A stretch of 53,447 bases of DNA, counting the filler, from Ionaspis alba (Eukaryota), in NCBI GenBank assembly GCA_964255285.1. It is 3 parts of 3 records of this genome, joined end to end, with 100 filler letters (N's around TTAATTAATTAA, not from the genome) between each part and the next. Parts side by side here need not be neighbours in the genome. Positions count along the whole stretch, not along the records: positions 17,892 to 35,679 come from CAXUUL010000312.1; positions 35,780 to 53,447 come from CAXUUL010000314.1; 1 more part is not named here. One strand, written 5' to 3'. The position numbers were made by a program, and so were the translations under genes. This document shows, piece by piece, positions 35,161 to 47,367 of this stretch. Each line of letters opens with the position of its first letter. Position 1 is the first letter of the stretch. The notes below the pieces were generated by a model. The model was not told the origin of the DNA. It did no database searches and was given only the letters and a program-made list of their open reading frames with translations.

Positions 35161-35631
35161 TAATGCGGAAATGTGTATAAAGTGGGAGGACATGACGACT
35201 GTTCTAATAGCCATGGGGTTGTGTGATACTTTACTCACCGCGGATTTGAGGTTTCCTTCCCTTTTGCTGCCTTCATTATAGCATGCCGGTCATGGCGTGT
35301 ACCGAGAAGATAGCAAATTCAACATGACCAACATGATCATACCGAATAAAGTGCAGATTATGGACGACTCCATGGAGTGAAAAGCGACATTGAAAGGGCA
35401 AGTTGAAATATAGTAGATAGTTCTAGAATTCCTCGGACTCCACGACCATGTTCATAACTATCGCTTCATTATCTCGGCTATACCTACCGCAACCCACCAT
35501 CAAGTCTAGACCAGGCACACAGTAATACAACATTCGACCAACGAAATTAAAAAAATAGCCCTAAAGCTGATAATTCTCTAACACTTCCCGAAAACTTCAA
35601 GTTCTGTTGAAGAGGAAAGACAGGACCGAAA

Positions 35632-35679
35632 ATGTCGAGAAGACCACCAAATCCAGGCGCTGACCGCGCAGCCCAGAAC
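35632..35679 (+). CDS. 5' fragment (16 codons) of a probable Age2/SMAP-type ArfGAP, cut by the scaffold end
   Basis: ATG in A-rich context gives MSRRPPNPGADRAAQN, which matches my recollection of the N-terminus of filamentous-fungal ArfGAPs. The zinc finger is not in the window. Confidence 0.55.
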
Positions 35680-35779
35680 NNNNNNNNNNNNNNNNNNNNN
35701 NNNNNNNNNNNNNNNNNNNNNNNTTAATTAATTAANNNNNNNNNNNNNNNNNNNNNNNNNNNNNNNNNNNNNNNNNNNN
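35680..35779. other. Artificial scaffold linker (N44-TTAATTAATTAA-N44)
   Basis: TTAATTAATTAA at 35724-35735 within Ns. Confidence 0.97.
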
Positions 35780-36118
35780 GGCTTCATTTACAGATGAATG
35801 AGCCCGTTGTTGACTGCTTAGACTACGACGGTGTCCCCTGCCACTACACCGTGTTGTATGAGTATTGAATACTTCGTGTCACTCTGAGAGCACAAGTCGT
35901 AGTTGTTCCTCAGGGCTGCCGGCGCCGGATGACGTCGCCCAGTCAACTGGCCGCGAGGCCCGAACTGCCTAATCGGTGCTCTCGAACGTTAGAGCATCTT
36001 CAAGCAGCGCATATATCCCATCTCTATTGTCACGCAGCTTCGATAACCTATCAACGAGTTCATTCTCCATCTCTCAATACCTGTATATTACACTCTTTAA
36101 TCAGCTGGTGCCATCACC

Positions 36119-37871
36119 ATGAAGGTCCTCGCATCGTCGCTCCTATTCGGAGCTGCGACTGCGGCCGTATTCCCACAGCAGCAAGTCTTCAAGGCGCCAA
36201 CTGAAAAGAAGCTTTCCGACTCATGGACGAAGCCACTGCACAACCTGAAAGAGTCGCTCACCTCATTATCGTCCGAGGCACGAGCTGCTTGGGATGAAGT
36301 GGCTCTTATGTTCCCAGAGCAGATGAGCCAAGCGAGTTTCATGTCATCGCCAAAGAAGCATACCCGCAGGCCCGATAGTCATTGGGATCACATTGTCAAG
36401 GGCGCTGATATCCAGAGTGTCTGGGTCGAGAATGCACAAGGCGAGAAGGAGCGAGAGATTGATGGACGACTGGAAACCTACAATCTCAGAGCGAAGAAGG
36501 TGGATCCAAGCAAGCTCGGTGTTGACCCGTATGTCAAGCAGTACAGCGGATACCTGGACGACGAGGAGAACGATAAGCATTTGTTCTATTGTAAATACCA
36601 TACGATCTGATCGTGCTCATCGAGACTGATATAATTCATAGGGTTCTTCGAGTCCCGCAACGATCCCGAGAATGACCCAGTCGTCCTATGGCTGAATGGT
36701 GGTCCTGGTTGCTCCTCCCTTACTGGCTTGTTCATGGAATTGGGACCCTCCTCAATCGATAAAGACCAGAATCTTGTCTTCAATCCATTCTCATGGAATG
36801 CGAACGCCTCGGTCATCTTCCTCGATCAACCGGTTAACGTCGGCTTCTCATACAGCGGCTCGTCCGTCTCAAACACAATCGCAGCTGGCAAGGATGTCTA
36901 CGCCCTCCTTACCCTCTTCTTCAAGCAGTTCCCAGAGTATGCGCATCAAGACTTCCATATTGCTGGAGAATCGTATGCCGGTCACTACATCCCAGTCTTC
37001 ACGTCGGAGATCCTGAGCCACAAGAAGAGAAATATTAACCTCAAGTCTATCCTAATTGGCAACGGTCTCACCGATGGTCTTACGCAGTACGCATACTACA
37101 GACCCATGGCTTGTGGGGAAGGTGGATGGGAAGCCGTTCTGAGCGAAAGCGAATGCCAGGCTATGGACAATGCTCTTCCTCGTTGCCAGTCTCTCATTCA
37201 GAGCTGTTATGACAGCGAAAGCGTCTGGTCCTGCGTTCCCGCCTCCATCTACTGTAACAATGCTATGATGGGTCCATATCAGCGAACTGGACAAAACGTC
37301 TATGACATCCGCGGGAAATGCGAAGATAGTAGCAATCTCTGTTACTCGGAGCTCGGCTATATTAGCAAGTGGTTGAACCAACCAAAGGTTTGGGAAGCAC
37401 TTGGAGTGGAGGTCGAGGGCTATGATAGCTGCAACTTCGATATCAACCGCAACTTCCTGTTTGCTGGTGACTGGATGCAACCGTTCCATCGCTTGGTGCC
37501 TGGTATCCTTGAGCAGATTCCTGTCCTCATCTACGCCGTAAGTTTATGTTGCTGCTCATTCTACACGTTCCATCTTGCCGTTTATCTTGTGCTTATTACT
37601 CCAGGGTGATGCCGACTTCATCTGCAACTGGCTCGGTAACAAAGCCTGGGCCGAGGCTCTGGAATGGCCTGGTAAGAAGGCATTCAATAAGGCTAAGCTC
37701 GATGATCTGAGGATGGACGGCGACGGCGACAAGATCGGTGTAATCAAGAGCAGCGGCAACTTCACCTTCATGACCATTCATGCCGCTGGCCACATGGTGC
37801 CATACGACCAGGGATTGTTTTCGCTTGAGTTCTTCAACAGGTGGATTGGTGGTGAATGGATGAAGAAGTAG
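36119..37871 (+). CDS. cpyA: Vacuolar carboxypeptidase Y (S10 serine carboxypeptidase), 3 exons (36119-36590, 36642-37537, 37605-37871), ~544 aa
   Basis: Signal and propeptide, [23 protein letters not shown] (Ser), GDADFICN (Asp), AAGHMVP (His). Confidence 0.96.
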
Positions 37872-38667
37872 GTGGGGAAGGCTCGGATAAATACTAGATT
37901 GCTATGAAGACAAGATCAGATACGGGCAGATCATTGATGATGTGGGTCCGGTGTATAGGAATTAGTATAAGGACACAGTATGATATCCATATTACTTTCT
38001 AGTATCCAAATCGGTCTTCTCTTCCACTGGAGTTCTCGTCTATGTTTCTTCGCGTGCAATCAATTCTGAAGAAGTTGTTTATCCCGACAGTTGCATGGAA
38101 GTGGAACGCCACAACGTAGCGTGGGATTTTCCCGGAGATGATGTGGTGAATCCCGCCGATATAGTTTTGTTCCTTTGCAGAACCGAAGTCCGAGGCAAAG
38201 GACGTCAGCTTGAGAACGATGTTGAGACTGGTATTGGGGTGCCGATATATGTCCCTGAAACTACTTGAACCCATACAAGTTTAACCTCTGATGGCACTGA
38301 CTGGTGGGATCGTGTATAGATATCATTAGTGGAATATGTAGGACTACGAGATTTGCAAATTAATCCTGAGGCCACTGTTGTTCTAGCAGTTAAAGGTATT
38401 CACAGTTTGCATGGATTGCACTTTTTAAGCAGTTGCAATATATTGACTAGCCAGTTGCAAGAGGCCCCGCCGTCCTGGTAAATCTAAAATAAATTAATGA
38501 TAGTAGAATATTTCCCTCTAATAGAACTATTCTCGTCTGTGCAGCTTCCCCCAAGTGGCCCCTTCCCCAAGAGGCAAGACCAATGCTTCCGGTAATAGCC
38601 CACCATCTTCCACAACATCGATACCGCCTTCCCGCAACAGAAGCACCATTCCTCGCGGATTCCCCTC

Positions 38668-39343
38668 CTAGCTATGCTTTTTTGCAATCATCCCCGTAAC
38701 AGGCACCACAATCGGGTGTGTAGTGTTTTCAAAAGAGCATTCACCAAATCCACTGGCCGCATACACACATGCAAATCCAGGGACCGTGCTGCGACTGATG
38801 ACCCCGCCGGTGCCGAACAGAGTCTCTGGCAGCTTGCCCACTCTGCTCGCTTATTAGTAACCAAACTGCGGAGGGGCATATCCCCATACAACGGGGCAGC
38901 ATATCAGGATGAGGACTAACTTAGGATCCACATAGGTGTGAATGACATCTATCGAGAAGTTGCCAAGGCCATTGTAGGAGCTGAAATACCACCCGAAGTG
39001 GTCGTCATCGCAAGGGACTTTGTGCGACGAACTTGGACGGCTCGCATCCAATGGTATGAAGGAGGCAAAGCACTTGGTTGTAGCATGTTTGTCTGAGACA
39101 TCGATGAGAGTGACTGTAGGCAAGAGGTTAGTTGAGTGAGCTCACCGTTGCGTGAACGAGTAGAGGTGAAGCGGCTGTGTATCCTTGGAAGACAACGACT
39201 TGAAACATACATGTGATAGTGCTGTTGGGGCTGTTTCCTGGACGACCGCTACTTTGAGTAGTCGTGACGCAGGGGATGTGGAAATCCCGCGCGATTGCGA
39301 TCTGGAGGAATAGTCCCAACATGAGGACCGTGCATATGAAGCT
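38668..39343 (-). CDS. Small secreted Cys-containing protein, Alt a 1 (AA1)-like; exons 39211->39343, 38921-39113, 38668-38842; start codon probably in the gap
   Basis: Spliced: SFICTVLMLGLFLQIAIA-RDFHIPC..SGRPGNSPNSTITFTLID..TTKCFASF..VPCDDDHFGWYFSSY..FSIDVIHTY..FACVYAASGFGEC..IA. Two GT-AG introns with CTAAC/CTAAT branch sites, in phase. Confidence 0.75.
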
Positions 39344-41200
39344 NNNNNNNNNNNNNNNNNNNNNNNNNNNNNNNNNNNNNNNNNNNNNNNNNNNNNNNNN
39401 NNNNNNNNNNNNNNNNNNNNNNNNNNNNNNNNNNNNNNNNNNNCGTTCCACCAATACGATCATGGTATAATCAGTGGAGCAGATCTGCTAAGGCTATTCC
39501 TTGCATTCCTGCGGATGCTGGAATTGGATCCAAAAATCCCACTGCAGTAGCCTACTTGCAGACCACAACAAACGGAGCGACGGAACAACGGGACATTTCA
39601 CGTGGTACTTGCATGTCATACATCTCGTATTGAAAGAAAGCATCAATTGTTTGCGATTGGCACCACTAACTCGATTTTATGATTCGGCTGCAGCTTCATT
39701 ACGCTCTTTTGGACAATTGAGTTTTCCAATCGCTCGTGCATAACGTTATACACACGATTTGAGCACAAGAAGCAACGGCGAATACGGCAGAGGAAAGAAG
39801 GCAGCATGTATCGTTGAACAGAAGAAGCTTGAGAAACACTTGCGGCGTGTAGCTGCACATGGGAGGAGCGGCTAAGATATCTTCACGTTTTCGCCGGTCC
39901 TATGAGATGTCGGGTCTATCGTGCTCCAATACATGCTGTTCTTGTTCCCGAGGCGGTACAACGCCAGGTCTGATCGCTCAGCTAGAGACCAAGAGCAAGA
40001 AGTGGTGTGTCTGGTGATTCCCATCACCTGGACCGGCCCAAGTAAACGTCGCTGTGTCTAGAAGTCGGAATAGCTTCGCCATCGCCACAATGATCGCCGG
40101 GCAGAACATCACCATTCAACAGCGAGCACCTCGGGCAATATTTGAGTTGTACAAAGGTACATTCAACTGTGCCGTCAGTGCGGCTATCTCAAACGGAAAC
40201 GTCTGCTAAGAATAGACAACGCGGCAGTCTGGTACTGATGGCGGTGTGTTCCTCTAACGTATACAGAAGCGATCAGCGCTGTCAGAGACACATTGGACTT
40301 CGGATGGCAGCTTTGGCGGTGGCAAAAGGGAGGGAGGAAATGAAAGTTAGAGGCGCAGCAGGAAAGAGATTGCAGAGAAGACGAGCCATATCAGCCTCGA
40401 AGCGATCCTTTGGGTCCTCAGGTCCGCCAGAGCTCATCAATGACCTCGAAGGCGTCATGCAGGTGGAGGAGCTGGACGGCATGAAATAGGAGGTTCGAGG
40501 CTTATTTACTCCCCAGTGTGGCTGCCGTCGACTCCGACTGGAAAACAGCGACAACGGCCTTGGTTGGAATTGGTCCGGGTAGAGGATAAGGTAGAGATTA
40601 GGTGAGTTTAGGTTGCTTATAGGGGACTGCAGCTTGGGGGAGGGGGAAGTCCTCCGCCGGCCCGTTACAACACAGCCTCAATTGGGCTTGCAGCAGCTCA
40701 TGCATCCGTCTTACAAAACAGCCGTCTCAGGCCCTTCCAAGGTCTTCGGACTGTGCTCAGTACTGGAATCTTAGGCATGGACGAGATTAGTCGATACGTT
40801 TCAGGTCTCCTCAATCCTTTGAGACCCCCAACTGAAGTCCAATGAGCTGTTGGGCTGGGAGGACAAACCCCCCTCTTCTTGCAGTAGTTTCGGTGATCCA
40901 GTCTTTACAGTGGCTATTGCCAGCAAGCACACAAGGCCGATAGTTCAGTCGGCAATGCATACTGGATCTGCTATGGAGATTACTCCTTTCTGTCAACCTC
41001 GCCGTAGCCATACACCAGCCCTGGATCTCGTTTGTTTGCGTCCGAGAGTAGTCACCTTCATCAAACGATAATCTCAGCAAGCATGGACATTATTGGGATA
41101 GCATAGCATAGCATATTCCACGACCTAAAATAGAAACCCCACACAAGCTACCGGCTACAGGCTACCTTAACCCTTCTTCAGACCTGTATCTGGCCTGACG

Positions 41201-43802
41201 ATGCACTCCCATAAGACGCACAGGTCGCATTACTCTCTTTTCAAGTCCAACAGGTCGCAGGCTTCCTTGCTCAGCAACCAGAGCAACACCCAGGAGCGAG
41301 CTTCAACTTATCAGGTCTCACCTTTCGAGAGCCCCTTGGCTTCTCCGGCTCGTGGCACTTTTCCTTCCCAACAATCCACCGCGTCTTCCCCTCTAAGTCC
41401 AGACGACCGAGACAGAGACGACAGCTTGGCACGAACCTACGAGGTCGATGCTGCCAAGTTCTACCAGCAGAACAATAACATCCCTCGAAGGACGCAGAGT
41501 CAACGCACACCGCCGTTACAACGATCGAATCTTGGACCAACCATCAATCTAGTCGGGCCCACCCAAAGTGGTGGTGGCTCACCCACCATCGAGGAGGATC
41601 TTAATCCAGATTCATTCTACAGCCAACAGCCGCAACAACCTCCGGCAAAGACAGAGTTGAAAAAGAAACGGCGCTTTTTTGGCATTGGAGACTCATCCAG
41701 CTCACGCGATCAGCTCAACAATCTATCGTCAAATTCTACAAAAGGACTTGGGCGAAGCATATCAGTGCGGAAGGCGCCTCCACCGCAGGTTTCGACAAAG
41801 ATAGGATACGATCCTACCCAGCAACATTGGCAGTCAGGGTCGACCTCAGCGAAGCTTCCTCCGACCACATTCGATAACAGGCAGGACGCTGGGCAACGTT
41901 TGAATAATCCATACGATCATCCTTCCTCGTCAGATCCATTGACAACTCCCAAAGATCCTTCGAGATCGCCTGGCTTTCCCCACAACCCGGATCCGGACTA
42001 CTTTCACAACCAGTTACAGCCTACGAATTCCAACACAACGACAGGCCAATCTTACTCATCTGAATCAGCAAGCTCCCAGAAAACACCTGCTTGGGAACGG
42101 ATTGGAAGGGTTCCGAATCATCTTCGTACTTCCTCGACCGACCAACAGCAACAACATTTCCAAGCATTCCATCCAACACCTTCATCCGCGAGCTCTACAT
42201 CTAGTCACCCACTACCTTCCCGAAGCGCGCAAGATCTGATATACCAAGCTCAACACCACTCGCAAGGTAGTAGACCATCTTCTCGTCAATCCTACGACCC
42301 TCCAACTCCCCCACCTCACGCACCATATCACCATCGAACTTCCTCCTTCCAGTCGCCCGCACCATACCTAGAGGGCTCGATGGCTCCACCAGCGCAGCAC
42401 TCAAGTGCACGCAACACAGATTTTAATCAGCAGAGTCAACAGTCAGGATCTGGCAGGGAGAGCAATAACCATCAACAATATACACAGGGGTCAGGAGGAA
42501 ACCAATCTGGACAATCCTCCGGGCAATATGGTGCTCAACTTGGTGTGAATAATGCTCAAGGTGGCAATTATCGGAACACTCCTCAGACATCGCCCATGGT
42601 TCCACAAATTAGCAATTCTGACCAAGGTCGAAATACACCTCCGCCGACAAAATCAAGAGATGATTTATCCGGACTAGACATTAATCAATTGTTGCAACGA
42701 CATGAAGAACTTAGTGCGTCAACACACAGATATCGCAATCTTGACTTCTGGCTGACATACTCCAGATGATAAATACCGCAAAGTAAAAAAATACTACTTC
42801 GATAAAGACGCCCAAGTCCAACAACTCCAAAACACCCTCGCCCACCAACGCCTCGCCCAGTCCCGCACCTCCCTCGATGACAACGAATACGCCACCCGCT
42901 TCTCTCGCCTTGACGGCGCCATCAACAACCTCGCCTTCAACATCCGCAAAGACTGGCGCGCTGTCCCGCCATGGCTGGCCCCATATGTCAACCGCGACGC
43001 CACCACAAGCGTCACGAAAGAGATGACCGCCGTTGGCCGCGCCTGCATATCCCGCTGGCTCGTCGACGAACTCCTGGACCGCTACTTCCACCCCGCCCTC
43101 GAACCAAACCTAAGTTCCCAGCTCAAAATCATCGAGCGCAACCTGCGGCGCTTCGCCGCTCCCACACCCTCCGAAGAAGAAAAAGAAGCTCTCCTCTCCA
43201 AAATCAGTAACTGGCGCCTCGCTACCCTTGACGGCCTTGGCGATATGCTCGCCTCACCCGAAGCGGCCGAATATCGCAATCAACTCACTGATATTCTAGT
43301 CAAGATGCTCACCGCCGATCTGATGATGAACCTCAAGGACCCCGCACCCCCCGGCCTCGACGCAGGCGTCATCGGCATCGTCGAGCTTGCCGTCGGCATA
43401 GCCGCCAACCTCCCCCTCGAATCCCGCGACGTCTTCGTCGACTACGTCATGCCGGGTACACCCGTCAACGACACCTACATGAAAGTCGAAAGCGCTTTGC
43501 CCGTGCTGACCAACCCTGGGGAAAACGAAGCAGGCGATCGGGCTAGCGTGAACAGTGTGGAGGAGAAGGACGAGGCGGGTGAGGCGGAGGCGAAGGAGGC
43601 AGCGGCGGCGACGGCTCAGCAGGGAAGGAAGAAGGGGATCCTGGGGGGATTGATGAATAAGAAACAGGTGTCGACGGGGACGCCGCCGGGGAGTTCGAGA
43701 GGTCCGGAACCGCCGAAGGAGGAGAGGGTTAGGTTTGCGGCTTTTATGAGTGTGGAGGTTAGGGGGAAGAATATGCTTATTAAGGCGCCGGTTTATATAT
43801 AG
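41201..43802 (+). CDS. Conserved fungal protein with a long S/Q/P-rich disordered N-terminus and a helical C-terminal domain, 2 exons (41201-42713, 42766-43802), ~849 aa
   Basis: Intron GTGCGT..CTGAC..CAG joins to KYRKVKKYYF..QLQNTLAHQRLAQSRTSLDDNEY..RLDGAINNLAFNIRKDW, ending VEVRGKNMLIKAPVYI. I recall this family being labelled SAM-methyltransferase-like, but I see no SAM-binding motif. Confidence 0.85.
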
Positions 43803-44199
43803 GTGCTGAGGGCGTGATGGGTGGTGCAGTGGCTGTGTATGGGTTTGGTTGATGGAATGATGAGGGGAGGCAGAGGATGTCTATGTGTTACGATTTCATG
43901 AGAAAGTATGCCGTTGTGCAGGTGGGAGAGTTGGAAAATGTGAGTGGGTATTTGGAACTTGTATATAGTTCTTTTCAATTTTCTTTATGGGTGGATGTGT
44001 GGTTGTTTTCTTGGGTCGGAAAATTGATAGATCCTCATCTTCAACGAAACAGGAATTGGAAAAGCCGGATTATAAATTGATTCTCTACATCTATGAATTT
44101 CTTAGTCTAATTCTAGTCGATAAAATTTCCTCGCTAGCCCATTCGAGCACCCTCCATCACCTATCTGTACCAACCTCTCCACGTCCCTTCTCTCACATT

Positions 44200-45709
44200 C
44201 TACAGCTTTGCCTTAACCTCTGACCGCTCTCTCCCCCGCAAATCCATCTCCACCTCCTTTTCCAACTCCCTAACAGCCTCCTCCGTCTCCCCCAACCTCA
44301 CCCTCAAAGTCCTCATCCCCACCTCCCTCCCCATCCGACAATTCTCCCCAATATCATCCAAAAACAGCACCTCCCCCGGCCTCACACCACTCCCTCCTCT
44401 GCCCTTGTCAAAAGCATCCAACTCCTTAATCGCCAATTCATAGATCTTCCGATCGGGCTTGCGGATCCCGACCTCGGAGCTGGAGATGAAGACGTCGAAA
44501 AAGGATTGCAGGGTTTTGCGATCTGAGGCTGGCAGACCGGCTGAGCCTTCAGAAGAGGGGGTGGAGGTTGAGGGGCTGAAGTTGGTCTCTGAGAATGGAT
44601 GTCCGGGTGGGAAGGTGATGGTATTCGAGAGCGCACCCAGAATGAACTTCTTCGAGGCGGAGAGAGATTGCAGTGCTGGGAAGATGTGAGGGTCTGGGGC
44701 GCGGGAGATGGTCATCATGGCCCAGAAAAGAGCGGAGGCGTCGATTGAGGGGGTGGGAGGAATAGACTCTGAGTTCGAAGAGATGGGCGAGGAGGCGGCA
44801 CCGCGGTCGTTTTCAGTGGGTGAGGAATCGGCAGTTTCGGCCTTCAGGCTGACCGGATCGCCGAGCATGGTTGGGTTTTGTTTGGCGAGGTCTTTGAGAC
44901 TTTTGTGGGCGGTCGAGGTGGATGAGGGTGGTGATTGCTGCGCTCCTCTGTCATGGTTTGTGGGAGAGGAATCGGCGGCTTCGGCTTTGAGACTGACTGG
45001 GTCGCCGAGGAGGGTGGGGTTTTCTTTTGCTAGGTCTTTGAGCTTTTTCGGTTGCTCGTTACTTGAAGGTGCTTTGGAGGGGTTGCTGGAAGAGGATGAG
45101 GAGGACTGAGCTCCTTTGTCTTGTTCTGTTGGAGAGGAGTCTGCGGTCTCTGCTTTGAGACTGACAGGATCACCTAGCATCGTCGGATTCTCCATAGCAA
45201 GATCCTTCAGCTTCTTGGGTGGCTGCTTGCTCTCCTGGCCTGAGGGAATTAAATTTTGTTCGGTTGAACCGGGTGACTGAGCACCTCTGTCATGATTCGT
45301 AGGTGTAGAATCAGCAGTTTCCGCCTTCAAACTGACCGGATCCCCCAGCTGTGTAGGATTGGCAATATCCTTGAGTCTCTTTTTCCCAGCCTTGAAACCA
45401 GTGCGGTGAAACTCTTCCCAAAGTCTAGGATTTTCTAGGTCTGCTTTGAACCCTTTGAAGAAGTCATCGTCGAGTTTTATCTCTCCTCGTTCGAGCCGTT
45501 GCCAACTGCCATTTGGAGCAGAGCGGGAGATGGCGAAGTTGATCCAATCTTTGGGGATGTTATTTTTCTTCTCGTAGTCAACAATGGCTTGGAATGGTGA
45601 TGCTACCTGGGGAACGTCAGTATCCTGTGCTTAGAATCGTTATGGCCGAAGGATGGAGACAAACACAAACACCACCAATGTCGAACAGGATTGCTTTTGG
45701 AGGAGCCAT
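44200..45709 (-). CDS. HAD-like hydrolase (epoxide hydrolase/ACAD10 N-terminal type) with four internal repeats and C-terminal PTS1 (AKL), 2 exons (45665-45709, 44200-45606), ~483 aa
   Basis: Motif I ILFDIGGV, cap WQRLERGE, motif II ALSNT, motif III FDVFISSSEVGIRKPD, motif IV FLDDIGEN. Ends KAKL*. Confidence 0.9.
44795..45385 (-). repeat. Four in-frame repeats of about 35 aa, LKD(L/I)A..NPTxLGDPVSLKAE(T/A)ADS(S/T)PTxxD(R/K)GA
   Basis: The NPT codons start at 45360, 45189, 45021 and 44877 (spacing 171/168/144 nt). LGDPVSLKAE is invariant. Confidence 0.93.
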
Positions 45710-46141
45710 TGCTGGATTGTTGGTGCTGGATGAGTTCCTGACCAAGCAAGTAGAAGGTCCTTTGGGGAAAGAAAGATACGCATGCAGGGAAGATATTTAT
45801 GTGGGGTAGATCAAGCACAGGAAGCTATGATGCTAACATTCCAGGAAAGCCTCGGCCCATGATTAGGGTTTCGGCCCCTTATCGATCTATTCATGTGCAG
45901 TTGTAGGCAGATCTCCATAGTCCAATAGGTGCGACGTCACGGACAAATCGGCTTGACGGACGATGTCCATAAAAGCAGATTCATTATCGTGCAGCTTACT
46001 TCATGCTGTCATCAAGGATGTCCCCATGTTGAAATCGGCAAAGTTCGAAATGTTGTTCGCCAGAAAAAGAATACCCCACATCCAAAAATAATTTCTTGAA
46101 ATCCAGGGACATCAACAGATCTCAATAAGATTCTCGCCATA

Positions 46142-47202
46142 ATGCCTGTCGGAATCATTCAAGTGAGCGAACATACGCTGAAACATATGCACGACGCACT
46201 AACCTCGAAGCATCAAGCCCTCGAATCAAATCAAACTTACCAATGTTTCCCTAGTCCGACTGAAGAAAGGTCAGCTTATACCGACAGCTTGCAGTATTGC
46301 CTGGTTGGAAACTGATATTTGATCTCCAATCAGGCAAGAAAAGGTTCGAAATAGCCTGCTACAAAAACAAAGTCCTGGAATACCGCTCCGGCATCGAAAC
46401 CGACCTAGACAACGTCCTCCAAATCCCCTCCGTCTTCCTGAACGTCAGCAAAGGCCAAACGGCGCCCGCCTCCGACCTTGCCAAAGTCTTCGGCGCCAAA
46501 ACTTCCATAAATGATATCATCCTCGAGATCCTCAAAAAGGGCGAACTGCAGGTTGGAGACAAGGAACGACATGCGCAGCTAGAAAGGGTGCATAATGAGG
46601 TTATCGATATCGTTGCGGGCAAGCTGGTGGATCCGAAGAGCAAGAGAGTGTACACTACGGGTATGATTGAGAAGGCGCTGGATCAGCTGAGCAGTCAGGG
46701 TGCGCATAAGCAGGAGGAGGGGAAGGGGAGCGGTACTGCTACACCGACAACGGGTGAACAGGATGATGAGAGTGGAAAGGCGAAGGCTAAAGACATGCCG
46801 ACGTGGACGGGCGTGGTGACGACGAAGTCGGCGAAGAGTCAAGCGTTGGAAGCCATGAAGGCGCTTATTGCGTGGCAGCCGATTCCTGTCTCGAGGGCTA
46901 GGATGAGATTACGCGTGTCTTGTCCCATGGCTATTTTGAAGCAGGCGGCTAAGCCTGCGCCGAAGAAGGATGGCGGGGAGGGAGCGGATGCGGATGGAGA
47001 GAAGCAGAAGGGGACGGTCAAGGATAGGATATTGAGCTACGTGGAGGAGATTGAGTCTCAAGGTGAGATGGGGTCTGAATGGGAAGTCGTGGGATTTGTG
47101 GAACCGGGCGCCTTCAAAGGTTTGGGAGAGTTTGTTGGTGGGGAGACGAAGGGGAGAGGTAGGGTGGAGGTCTTGGATATGGCTGTTGTGCATGAAGACT
47201 AA
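46142..47202 (+). CDS. SDO1: Ribosome maturation factor Sdo1/SBDS, 3 exons (46142-46162, 46218-46269, 46334-47202), ~313 aa
   Basis: [71 protein letters not shown]. Confidence 0.95.
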
Positions 47203-47367
47203 GAATAGACGATTTGGTCACTACTCAACGGTTTCAAGGTGTTTCGTGTCCGATACCAGAGGAAGTATTCGATTTCGCTACTCCTCAGCTACAGCAGATT
47301 GTGATATCTCCACGCTGTAGCAAAAGCCATCATACATACACCAATCAACATCACCTCCAGCACACAT

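Noticed and set aside
39450..41150. Short ORFs and a possible minus-strand branch/polypyrimidine site near 40310-40350
   Set aside because: I could not assemble an open spliced frame. May be UTR or non-coding sequence in a divergent promoter.
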